Shown: one piece after another, positions 11,248 to 32,659 of the stretch
Numbering within the stretch: the stretch's first letter is position 1
How the letters are laid out: every line of letters starts with the position of its first letter
Assembly (NCBI GenBank): GCA_002269645.1
Contig: NIVC01001929.1
Span: forward strand, 1 to 45,492
Length of the DNA: 45,492 nt
Reading direction: 5' to 3'
Source of the DNA: Macrostomum lignano
Taxonomy: Eukaryota
Position numbers and translations under genes: made by a program
Notes under the pieces: model-generated
What the model saw: only the letters and a program-made list of their open reading frames with translations
What the model was told of the DNA's origin: nothing
The model's database searches: none

Positions 11248-12334
11248 GAGTCTGAGGGTTAGAGGGATGGGGGAGAGTCTGAGGATTAGAGGGATGGGGG
11301 AGGGTCTGAAGATTAGAGGGGTGGGGGAGAGTCTGAGGATTTGAGGGATAGGGGAGGGTCTGAGGATTAGAGGGGTGGGGAGAGTCTGAGGATTAGAGGG
11401 GTGGGGAGAGTCTGAGGATTAGAGGGGTGGGGAGAGTCTGAGGATTAGAGGGGTGGGGAGGGTCTGAGGATTAGAGGGGTGGGGGAGAGTCTGAGGATTA
11501 GAGGGGTGGGGGAGAGTCTGAGGATTAGAGGGATAGGGGAGGGTCTGAGGATTTGAGGGATAGGGGAGGGTCTGAGGATTAGAGGGATAGGGGAGGGTCT
11601 GAGGATTAGAGGGGTGGGGGAGAGTCTGAGGATTTGAGGGATGGGGAGAGTCTGAGGATTTGAGGGATGGGGAGAGTCTGAGGATTAGAGGGATGGGGGA
11701 GGGTCTGAGGATTAGAGGGGTGGGGGAGAGTCTGAGGATTAGAGGGATGGGGGAGGGTCTGAGGATTAGAGGGGTGGGGGAGAGTCTGAGGATTAGAGGG
11801 ATAGGGGAGGGTCTGAGGATTAGAGGGATAGGGGAGGGTCTGAGGATTAGAGGGATAGGGGAGGGTCTGAGGATTAGAGGGGTGGGGGAGAGTCTGAGGA
11901 TTAGAGGGGTGGGGAGAGTCTGAGGATTAGAGGGATGGGGAAGGCTCTGAGGATTAGAGGGGTGGGGGAGAGTCTGAGGATTAGAGGGATGGGGGAGAGT
12001 CTGAGGATTAGAGGGGTGGGGAGAGTCTGAGGATTAGAGGGATGGGGGAGGGTCTGAGGATTAGAGGGGTGGGGAGGGTCTGAGGATTAGAGGGGTGGGG
12101 GAGAGTCTGAGGATTAGAGGGATGGGGGAGAGTCTGAGGATTAGAGGGATGGGGGAGAGTCTGAGGATTAGAGGGGTGGGGGAGAGTCTGAGGATTAGAG
12201 GGGTGGGGGAGAGTCTGAGGATTAGAGGGGTGGGGGAGAGTCTGAGGATTAGAGGGGTGGGGGAGAGTCTGAGGATTAGAGGGGTGGGGGAGGGTCTGAA
12301 GATTAGAGGGGTTTGGGGAGAGTCTGAGGATTAG
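11248..12334. repeat. G-rich 26-27-bp minisatellite, about 40 copies, just after the SPARC stop codon
   Basis: Unit GAGTCTGAGGATTAGAGGGGTGGGGGA. Confidence 0.97.
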
Positions 12335-12721
12335 GTAGAGGTTTAAGAGTGAGGCGAGGCTTGGATGGATGGTCTAAGCAAGGAGGGGGATGGGATGGAG
12401 GTGAGGCGGAGGTAGGGAGGGATCGGGGAGACGGTGCTACCCTGTAGTTAAGCGTTAGAAGGTGAACTGTGTAAGTTAAAGAGAATTGTAGAAAAAAATT
12501 AAATGCAAGGCTTCGGAAATTCTGCTGCAAAAATTTCTGACAAAGGGCAGTCATGAATTTCCAGCTACAAATTAGCGCTACAACCCAGTCGCAAAGTTTA
12601 TCGCAACAAAACAATTGCCTCGTGTCTTCAAAGCGCCGATGAAGTGATAAAAATAGACAGAACTTTTTGCGATGGGGAAGGCTACACAGTACTCAGATGT
12701 AGAGCTTGAAGCAGTTGCCTA

Positions 12722-13030
12722 GTGGTTGTAGCCTAGTGGTTAGAGCGTCTGACTCACGACTGAAAGGTCGGGGGTTCGTTTCCCGATCCACTCGGAACAA
12801 TCTGTGTCATTGAGCAAGATACTTTAACTCTGCATTGCTTCAGTTCACCCAGCTGTAAAATGGGTGCCAGCATTAGCTGGGGTAATTGAGGGTGTGTGGC
12901 GACCCCCCAGTCCTTGGACTGAACAGCCGTACGCAGCTTTCAGATGCGCCGCGCAATAGCTGCGGCTGAGCTGTCGGTTGCACATCTGCCCATTTGGGGC
13001 AGGTGTAATAAATAATAATAATAATAATAA
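12722..13030 (+). mobile_element. tRNA-derived SINE with CORE-like central domain, near full-length copy 1
   Basis: A-box TAGCCTAGTGG and B-box GGTTCGTTTCC. Central TGTGTCATTGAGCAAGATACTTTAACTCT..CAGTT..CTGTAAAATGGG resembles the MIR/CORE domain. (TAA)n tail. Possible 7-bp TSD AAGCAGT at 12709 and 13029. Two more copies occur in the window. Confidence 0.85.
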
Positions 13031-13602
13031 GCAGTGAGCAATGGATGCCTAGCTGGAAATTAATTTTACATTCTGACCAACAAATAACAAAATTTTTGTT
13101 TTGCAGGCGACATCCAGCCGTCCTGCGACCTTTGATCTGGCCGGCACTGGAAATTCGAATGCGGAACTGACCCCAGCGCAGCAACTGGCCGCTGATACAG
13201 AGTAAACACGTCATACTATCTCACTCATCGAACACTTTCACCCGTTTGTTGTGCTTCTCTGATTAATCAACAAGATTATAGTTCTATTTGTGTTTTCTCA
13301 ACATTTTTTTAAACGAAACCGAGAGCTAACCGGAGCTGGAATGTGGAGTGGCAGCCATGGCCAGCTGAAGAAAAAGGACGCTAAGCTCGATTTTCTTAGA
13401 ATCGGATTTTTCTAGCGGTCTTGGTTTGATCGAAGAAGTTTTTTTCAAGCTTACACAAACAGCTTCAATCAAGCAGGGGTTGTCGCAACCTTATTAAACA
13501 AAATGCAATTAAGAAAATACTACAATGAAATCAGTCTATTTGTGCCTAGATAGGGGGTTTTGGGAATTCGGGGATGTAATAGGGGGATTAACGCTTTTGG
13601 GG

Positions 13603-14112
13603 GCCAACCCTCAAGGCACAATGAAGTGTACATACCTATCGGTAAATAAAGTCAGGGCTGCTGTACACTCCTGTCCTGTGTGAGTGTGTGCCTGCGTGCG
13701 TATGACTGCGTACGTATCCGCGCGCTTGTGCGCCTGCTCAGGGGAGTCGGCGGAATGGGCAGCAATGCCTCTCGCCGGTTGTGTGACAATGTCGCTTAAA
13801 GTGCGGGTGCAGGGTGCACACAAAGTATTATAATTAGCTAAAACCAACGAATTGCGAGTTTTTTTACAGAGATTTGATTTCACCTGAAACGAGTCAGGCG
13901 GTAAATTATAAGCTTAAATCACTACAGAAAATACACTAAGAAACGTGCGCAAATATTCATTTAAGGCTTTTATGCTCGAAAATTTGTTGTGCGAGTCACA
14001 CCCATTAGAGCCAACCCCCAAGGCACAGAGACTGTACATGCCTGGCGATTAGAGAGTCAAAGGGCCAGTGTGCACCCTGTGTGAGCGGTGTATGAGTGTG
14101 TGCCTGCGTACA
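13603..14112 (+). repeat. Unclassified interspersed repeat module (two related copies, 13603-13795 and 14010-14112)
   Basis: CCAACCC(C)CAAGGCACA..GTACA..TGAGTGTGTGCCTG occurs at 13603 and 14010. The first copy is nearly identical to 28231-28420. Confidence 0.7.
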
Positions 14113-14129
14113 GTATTGGCGCTACCTAT

Positions 14130-14346
14130 ACTGCGCTGCCTAAGGGCTACCGGGCGAGCGACAGTCCACCTCCTGGACTCTCCGGACGGGGACCGCGCTG
14201 CGGACACCGGCGCCACCGGAACTCCCTGCGCGACACCGCAGCGCTAGCTGCCCGTGGTCGCCAGGGGCTAGCGAAATGGGCGGCAACGCCTCCTCACTGT
14301 TTCCGGACGCACGGAGCCCCCTGCAGCTAAGTCTAAGTCTAAGTCT
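14130..14346 (+). mobile_element. Extreme 3' end of the same LINE family, with a (CTAAGT)3 tail
   Basis: Encodes ..[17 protein letters not shown].., matching the copy at 34.4-34.7 kb. A short GC-rich 3' region follows and ends in CTAAGTCTAAGTCTAAGT. Confidence 0.6.
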
Positions 14347-14600
14347 CCTATCTCTACAGCACTCTACTTATTAAAACAGCACCCTCCTATTCTAAACTAT
14401 TTTGGGTGGCCACTAGCCTACCTCACGGGCAGCAAAATGGCAGTGCGAAAAAACATAAAAAGGTCATATTCTTATCAAATACAGTCAACAGGATTCTGGG
14501 AGCAAAAATTTACAAAATCGTGTTAGGTATTTTTGGTCATATCAAGGAATGCACTTTATGACGCTCATCCCATGACCTTATAGTTGGAAAGGTAGCGCAT

Positions 14601-22330
<7,730 letters not shown>

Positions 22331-22569
22331 TTCTGATGATTATACTCGTATAGTGAGCTCTATGCAGTTACAGAAGGTCCGGATTGCTCAACGGGATCTC
22401 AGCTCTCGGAAGCGAGGCTAAGAACAGAGAGATAGCGACAGTTTTAAAGGGCCTTCTCCGTCCAACTCGGTTTGAGCTCCCTGGCCGATAGCTGCTCTGA
22501 TTGGAGCAAGCAACAACTTGCCGAATGCACCGATTGAGCACCGCAGAACCTCTACGGCATGATCTAGCC

Positions 22570-23057
22570 TTGACAGTATGACAGGCTCTTGACAGTATGA
22601 CAGGCTCTTGACAGTATGACAGGCTCTTGACAGTATGACAGGCTCTTGACAGTATGACAGGCTCTTGACAGTATGACAGGCTCTTGACAGTATGACAGGC
22701 TCTTGACACTATGACAGGCTCTTGACAGTATGACAGGCTCTTGACAGTATGACAGGCTCATGACAGTATGACAGGCTCTTGACAGTATGACAGGCTCATG
22801 ACAGTATGACAGGCTCTTGACACTATGACAGGCTCTTGACACTATGACAGGCTCTTGACAGTATGACAGGCTCTTGACAGTATGACAGGCTCTTGACAGC
22901 ATGACAGGCTCTTGACAGTATGACAGGCTCTTGACAGTATGACAGGCTCTTGACAGTATGACAGGCTCTTGACAGTATGACAGGCTCTTGACAGCATGAC
23001 AGGCTCTTGACAGTATGACAGGCTCTTGACAGTATGACAGGCTCTTGACAGTATGAC
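22570..23057. repeat. 19-bp minisatellite upstream of the cyclase start codon
   Basis: Unit TGACAGTATGACAGGCTCT, about 25 copies. Confidence 0.97.
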
Positions 23058-23571
23058 TGACATTTTGGATGACATCTGACAGTAAAACAGACACCTGTTT
23101 ACCATGACAGGAATCCTGACAGACAGGTAATATCAGCAGGACGAGATCTAATTACCCAATAATACGGGACGGGAACGGAGAGGATTTGGAAAAAGCCACG
23201 GATTCAAGCAAATCCTTTTTTATCTGCCTGCGTTCTTTAGATTGCTCATCTTTGTTTAACTAAGCTGAAGCTTTTGAAATTTAGCCACTTAGCAAACAGC
23301 AAGGCTTTTTATATAAAAGGAAGCGGATGGTTTTTTAAGTGTATTTAATGAGTTAGTTGAAAAAGTAACCATTTTTTAACAAGAAACTATAAAAGTAGTT
23401 TAGCGTATTGATTTAAAAAAAATTTTAGGTTAATTATTACAGAAAATAATGATAGTATGACAAGTTCTACAAAAAACCGGGATCTTTTAGTTTGCAAACG
23501 TTATTAATATATTGTTTATGCATTAATATAGGATGTGTTTTGTCTTTAGGGGTTTGCATAGCATCAACTGA

Positions 23572-24024
23572 TGGGTCAGCCTAGCTCGTAATTGGCCAGA
23601 TAAAGTTGATTGGGTCAGCCTAATTGGCCAGATAAAGTTGACGGGGTCAGCCTAATTGGCCAGATAAAGTTGATTGGGTCAGCCTAATTGGCCAGATAAA
23701 GTTAATTGGGTCAGCCTAATTGGCCAGATAAAGTGGATTGGGTCAGCCTAATTGGCCAGATAAAGTTGATAGGGTCAGCCTAATTGGTCAGATAAAGTTG
23801 ATTGGGTCAGCCTAATTGGCCAGATAAAGTTGATTGGGTCAGCCTAATTGGCCAGATAAAGTTGATTGGGTCAGCCTAATTGGCCAGATAAAGTGGATTG
23901 GGTCAGCCTAATTGGCCAGATAAAGTTGATAGGGTCAGCCTAATTGGTCAGATAAAGTTGATTGGGTCAGCCTAATTGGCCAGATAAAGTGGATTGGGTC
24001 AGCCTAATTGGCCAGATAAAGTTG
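23572..24024. repeat. 32-bp minisatellite between the ubiquitin-like gene and the cyclase
   Basis: Unit GGGTCAGCCTAATTGGCCAGATAAAGTTGATT, about 14 copies. Confidence 0.97.
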
Positions 24025-24112
24025 GCATGAAGTTGTCGGTGCAGGCAGAACTAATTAGAAACAGTCAAACGAATGAAGCTTATTAATAAAGCGAATTGCA
24101 TTGAGTAACTGA

Positions 24113-27291
<3,179 letters not shown>

Positions 27292-28230
27292 GCCGATTGT
27301 TGAAGTTGCTTCGATGCTGGCGCAAAAAGAAGCTGCTAGTAAAACCAACGGAATCGCCACGAGAGGACTAAATAGAATGATTTTATGCCTAGCACGCGGC
27401 AATTCATGATTCTATTTATAGACTTGACGTGACAGTTCCGAGATCTGCAGTTGGTTGTACATTCGAGGACGAAAAGTTGACCCGTACAAACTGCTGGGAC
27501 TGTACATTGCTAAAATTAGCCAAATGCACACTTGTACATTGGCTAACGCCAAATATTTCGTGGATTTTCCAGGAAAATTTTCACTAAAAAAGTGCACCAC
27601 TCAGATTCTTAGCGTGGCGTGGGCAGATGCTATTTATATTAGGAGACGGTATATTATAGGTAGGCACACAGGTTGAATTGAACTGGTTAGCTTGGAAAAT
27701 ATTTATTCAGACAAACAGACAGCCAGTTCTGAACTGTAATTTACAAGACAACTTGAGACAAAAGAGTAGAGATCAACTCTGCAAAGCAAAGTCACTTTTA
27801 CTGCAACATCAAATAGTACTACTTATTACTACTGAGTCAGCACCCTTGGCGTGCGTATTTAATAATGATGATAATAATATTATTAATCCATCTTATCATT
27901 TCACTTCCGCTTGCACTCAGGTTAGCGCTTATCCAAATAGCTTGGTAATAAACTACAGTGCAAAGACGCACCTGTGTCATGCATCATTCATAAGTCATGT
28001 CTAACTGAAAAGGCATCAACAATCTATCTTCTGCCTGCAAATGGCCGACGGGTCATTCGTATTGTTGCTCATTCAGCTAAGAGAGACATCACCATCAGCT
28101 CATGAGGACACCGATGCCCATGGGAAAGGTCACTTCATTTCGACTGAACAGAAGCAACTTATAAGTATTAAAAAGAAAGATATTCAGTCTGTTGTTCTGT
28201 TGGTCAAGTTATGAAAGGCTATTTCATTTT

Positions 28231-28420
28231 CAACCCCCAAAACACAGAGAGTGTACATGTACATGCCTGGCGATAAATACAGTTAGGATCGCTGTACACT
28301 CCTGTGTGAGTGTGTGCCTGTGCATGTGACTGCGTACGTATCCGCGCGCTTGTGCGCCTGCTCAGGGGAGTCGGCGGAATGGGCAGAATCACTTCAGCGC
28401 TGGTTGTTGAACAATGTCGC
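28231..28420 (+). repeat. Third copy of the unclassified interspersed repeat module
   Basis: Shares GCTGTACACTCCTGT..TGACTGCGTACGTATCCGCGCGCTTGTGCGCCTGCTCAGGGGAGTCGGCGGAATGGGCAG..ACAATGTCGC with 13660-13795. Confidence 0.75.
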
Positions 28421-28572
28421 AGAAGGCAACCTTCCTGCATTAATTATTATTAATAATAATTATTATTATTGCATGCTGTGGTTCTGGGCAGAAGGATTTA
28501 AAATGTACTTTTGTAGTAGTATGGCGTATTAGAACTAGAACTAGTCCGATACTGTGAATGGCTTCAAGTCAT

Positions 28573-28621
28573 TGGATTGGCTCACAAGGCGAGCGCAGAC
28601 AGGTGAATACCAATATATAAA
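28573..28621 (+). promoter_or_regulatory. Candidate core promoter of GPCR 2 (two ATTGG/CCAAT boxes plus TATATAAA)
   Basis: ATTGGATTGG at about 28573-28582 and TATATAAA at 28614-28621, about 45 nt before the ATG at 28667. Confidence 0.4.
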
Positions 28622-28666
28622 GAGGCGCTGTAGACCATTCCTGGCTGAGGCCAGCATTGCGCCGAA

Positions 28667-31600
28667 ATGGCAGCCGATGGCCTCGCTACCAACCTCAGCA
28701 CGGTTGGCTACCTGGACTCGCTCACCGATCTGTTCAACGATTGTCGAAGCAACGACACGTCGAGACAATCGTTCTGCGTCGGGGCCAGCGTTCTTGGAGC
28801 TCTGGCCGCGTTCGCCGTGCCGGCCATGCTGATTATTGGCGTCATTGGCAACGGATTGACAACCTATATAATGCTTAGCGATCGGTGGCTGCGCCAGTGC
28901 AGACAGAATGTCTACCTGGCCTTCATTGCCGTGTCGGACACCACCAACCTGCTGGTGTGGGGCCTCGGCTGGCAGTTCCTGGCCAAAGGCCTGCCCTGGG
29001 TTAGCGGCGGCACTGTCGGATACTTTATTGTTAACGCCTCCGACTTCGCGTGCAGGTGAACAGGGCCGGGCGGTTTAATGCCGTTTTTTGAAGAGATTTG
29101 AAGTTTTCAACTCCTTGTAACAATCAATTGGCAAGTTCTCACGTACTGAACTTCTCAATTGCCAATTGAGCAGGTATGCGCAATATGTCTAAGACTCCAA
29201 AACCATAGACACAATCTACCATTGTCTGACTCCAAAACCATAGACACAATCTACCATTGTCTGCCTCCAAAACCATAGACTCAATCTACCATTGTCTGCC
29301 TCCAAAACCATAGACACAATCTACCATTGTCTGACTCCAAAACCATAGACACAATCTACCATTGTCTGCCTCCAAAACCATAGACACAATCTACCATTGT
29401 CTGACTCCAAAACCATAGACACAATCTACCATTGTCTGTCTCCAAAACCATAGACACAATCTACCATTGTCTGTCTCCAAAACCATAGACACAATCTACC
29501 ATTGTCTGTCTCCAAAACCATAGACACAATCTACCATTGTCTGTCTCCAAAACCATAGACACAATCTACCATTGTCTGCCTCCAAAACCATAGACACAAT
29601 CTACCATTGTCTGCCTCCAAAACCATAGACACAATCTACCATTGTCTGCCTCCAAAACCATAGACACAATCTACCATTGTCTGCCTCCAAAACCATAGAC
29701 ACAATCTACCATTGTCTGCCTCCAAAACCATAGACACAATCTACCATTGTCTGACTCCAAAACCATAGTTATAGTCATAACTTGTGTTTTATTTTATTTC
29801 ATTTTAGTTGCTAGTTGATTAGAAGGCTTAAATTTGCTTTAAAAAGGCGTTACAATTGTTTTGTTCCTAACGGATTGTTTGTTGTAAACCTTATTCAACG
29901 AAACGCATTGTATAAAAAATGGAAAACTCCGTCTAAGACACATGCATTATGTTCAAGCACATGTCAAGCAAAGAATCTCGCCTGTTGACCATAAAATACT
30001 CATAAATGGAATTGCTTAGTTTCAAAGGCTCATTGAGGGAATGGCTGCAATGCTGTAACTTCAACAGGGTTTGGTTTAGGGTTAAACCATGAAAGAATCG
30101 CCCTGTTGAAAATAAAATATAGGAAATTCTTCCGAGACTTGTTAAGATGTCCAGACCCATAGGGTAAATTCAAGGACCACTAGAAGTTACCGTTACAACT
30201 GTAACTTCTAGTGGTCCTTGGGGAATTTCTGAGATGCCAAGGCTTAATGGGGGAATTTTCTGAGATGCCAAAGCATCTAATTACTGAAATTACTGAAATT
30301 CTGTGGCTATTAGGGGGGGGGGGGGGTTGCTGAGATGTCAAAGTTCTGTGGAATATTGCTGAGATATCAACTAAGGCTCACGGGTGGAGTTGCTGAGGTA
30401 TCAACTAAGGCTCACGGGTGGAGTTGCTGAGATATCAATTAAGGCTCACGGGTGGAGTTGCTGAGATATCAATTAAGGCTCACGGGTGGAGTTGCTGAGA
30501 TATCAATTAAGGCTCACGGGTGGAGTTGCTGAGGTATCAATTAAGGCTCACGGGTGGAGTTGCTGAGGTATCAATTAAAGCTCACGGGTGGAGTTGCTGA
30601 GATATCAACTAAGGCTCACGGGTGGAGTTGCTGAGATATCAACTAAGGCTCACGGGTGAAGTTGCTGAGGTATCAATTAAAGCTCACGGGTGGAGTTGCT
30701 GAGGTATCAAGGCTCATAGTTAAAAAGCTATGATGTCAAAGCTTATGTGGGAATCGCCTATCTGGGAAGGGAGGACCGGTTGCTAGTCCACATTAGATTT
30801 GCTTTGTAGAACTTGATCTGTACTGCAGTTGACACCCATAAAGCTTTATCCAGAAACGCAGTGAAAAAGGTGCAAATTCTGTTAAATTCATTTTTACCTA
30901 TCTAAATTAATCCTAGGTGAAGCTTCATTTTTCAACGAAATACAGATCCGGTAGGGAAACTCAAATAAAAAATCTACATGTGGCAGTTGCTTTACTTGTT
31001 GGGAAATTGCTGAAATGCTGTGGCTCGTGTGGGAGGTGCTGAGATGCTTCGGGTCACTTGGGAGTTGTTGGTTGGCCAAGCATCTTCTGATGCCTTTTTG
31101 CTTTACATACGAGCGTACTTTTCCTCACATTCCAACAATAGCGACTGAACAAGGTCAAAAGCTACATGTAGTTTAGTCAAAACTGTTTTTTTCTTTCTTT
31201 GTTGCCTCCCAACTTGGGGGGGGGGCAGATTGCTAGTTATTTCTAGAAATCAGTTGCTAGAAATCAGTTATTTCCTTTTCGAATTTTTTAAAATATTAAA
31301 TTTTCGGTTGTAAAAACTTTATTATACTCAGCAACATCGAAAAGTCGCATCACAGAAAATTGCGTCTGTGGTCGCCACTGAGAGTGCAGGTGAAGTCTCT
31401 CAATCCTGCGAGTGACGCAACTCAGCTACTCCGCGACCGACTTGAGTTGAGGAATGAAGTGAGGGGAGCGGTGTGCTAGGGTTGGACGGATTAAAGCTAC
31501 CCCGATCAGTTTTCTCGTATCCTTTAGTTCAGAATGGTCCAAGAGAAATCGGTCACTGGCGCATAGAGTGGCGACTTTTCAATGTTGCTGAGTATATTTT

Positions 31601-32608
31601 ATGAACACTATTCGTTAGGAATACCCAAAGAAGACAAAAAGCTATAAAAATTCAGATTTTCCAAAAAAACTAGAAATCTTGTGTAAAAGCGGAGACAGTC
31701 GCAAAAAAACATTGAGTTGCCCGTTTTAATAAAATTTCAACTTTCCCCCAAATCCCAAATCCTCCCTGATCCTCCTCATCAGGCTGTTCCGCTTCTCGCA
31801 CAACCTGGCGCACACCCTGTCGGCCAATTGGTTCCTGCTGATGACGCTGGACCGAGTGCTCACCCTGCATTATCCGTTCCGCTTTCGCAGCTTCACCAGT
31901 CAGTTTGCCGCCAAAGCCCTGGCCGTTGGCTTCCTGCTGTCAGTGCTGATCGTTCTGCCTGTACCAATGTTCACCGGCTGGTACGTCCTTGATAACCGCA
32001 TCGCCTGCCTCGCCGTGCCCTTCTACGGTCAGGCCGTGCGCGTGTGGATGATCGTCTGGAACGCGCTGTTGATGATCCCTCCGATGCTGCAGCTGCTGGC
32101 TACCACACTGCTGAACCTGCTGCTGTTGCGGAAGGTTCTACAGATTATGCGCAACAGGCGCAACCTGATGTCCGCGCCAGCCGCTGCCGTCACTGCCGCT
32201 TCTGGCACTTCCGCGCCAGCCGCTGCCGTCACTGCCGCTTCTGGCACTTCCGCGATTGCCGCAACTGCTGACACAATTGGCCCTTCCGTGGTAGTGATGC
32301 TGCTCTCGCTGGTGTACTTTCTATCCGGCCTGCCGCCTTGCATAGCTCGGTACATCGTGCTGCAGCTCACCGTGTTCTCAGACAGCCCAGATCCCGGCTT
32401 TCTAAGAACCGCCCTGAACCTGGGCGACGTCGGACAGATTCTGCTGCTTCTCAACCAGTCCGTCAACTGGGCGGTGCTGGTGTGGAAGAATCGCCAGTTC
32501 CGCGCTCGATTCCTGCACCTGCTGACCTGCGGCCTGCGCACCCTGAAGCCGCGCCCTACAGCGACTTCGGGGATGCACAGCCAGGCTATGAATTTCCCGA
32601 TGACATAA
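28667..32608 (+). CDS. Rhodopsin-class 7TM GPCR, peptide-receptor-like orphan; 404 aa, 2 exons
   Basis: Exon 1 is 28667-29055 (TM1 IIGVIGNGLT, TM2 YLAFIAVSDTTNL, ..ACR, phase-2 donor GTGAAC). Exon 2 is 31783-32608, preceded by a polypyrimidine tract plus CAG (LFRFSHNLAHTLSANWFLLMTLDRV, YPF, ECL2 Cys, TM6 FLSGLP, TM7 NQSVNWAVL, helix-8 RQFR). The total of 1215 nt is in frame. Confidence 0.9.
29194..29768. repeat. 35-bp minisatellite (GPCR 2 intron)
   Basis: Unit CTCCAAAACCATAGACACAATCTACCATTGTCTG(A/C/T), about 16 copies. Confidence 0.97.
30171..30220. repeat. Perfect 20-bp inverted repeat with a 10-nt spacer
   Basis: CAAGGACCACTAGAAGTTAC - CGTTACAACT - GTAACTTCTAGTGGTCCTTG. Confidence 0.95.
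30357..30710. repeat. 34-bp minisatellite (GPCR 2 intron)
   Basis: Unit GTTGCTGAGATATCAACTAAGGCTCACGGGTGGA, about 10 copies. Confidence 0.96.
31134..31238 (+). repeat. Short interspersed repeat, shared with 19604-19696
   Basis: Same GTCAAAAGCTACATGTAGTTTA core and poly-G tract as at 19604-19696. Confidence 0.65.
31325..31594. mobile_element. MITE of about 270 bp with about 25-bp TIRs and TA-type flanks (Tc1/mariner-like, tentative)
   Basis: Left TACTCAGCAACATCGAAAAGTCGC and right GCGACTTTTCAATGTTGCTGAGTA differ by 1 mismatch, with TA on both flanks. Confidence 0.75.
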
Positions 32609-32659
32609 CACCGGCACTGACAAGCTGACGATCCAGAAGTTTCGGCGAAGCGATGCCTC

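Noticed and set aside
12725-12795. tRNA gene (also at about 24625-24693 and 43662-43720)
   Set aside because: A and B boxes are present, but the anticodon and acceptor stems do not pair, and each copy continues into a shared 230-nt body and tail. This is a SINE head.
23103-23105. Alternative ATG-only first exon for the cyclase (ATG then GTAAAC)
   Set aside because: The site at 22328-22330 has a consensus GTAAGT donor and lies closer. The distal site cannot be excluded without cDNA.
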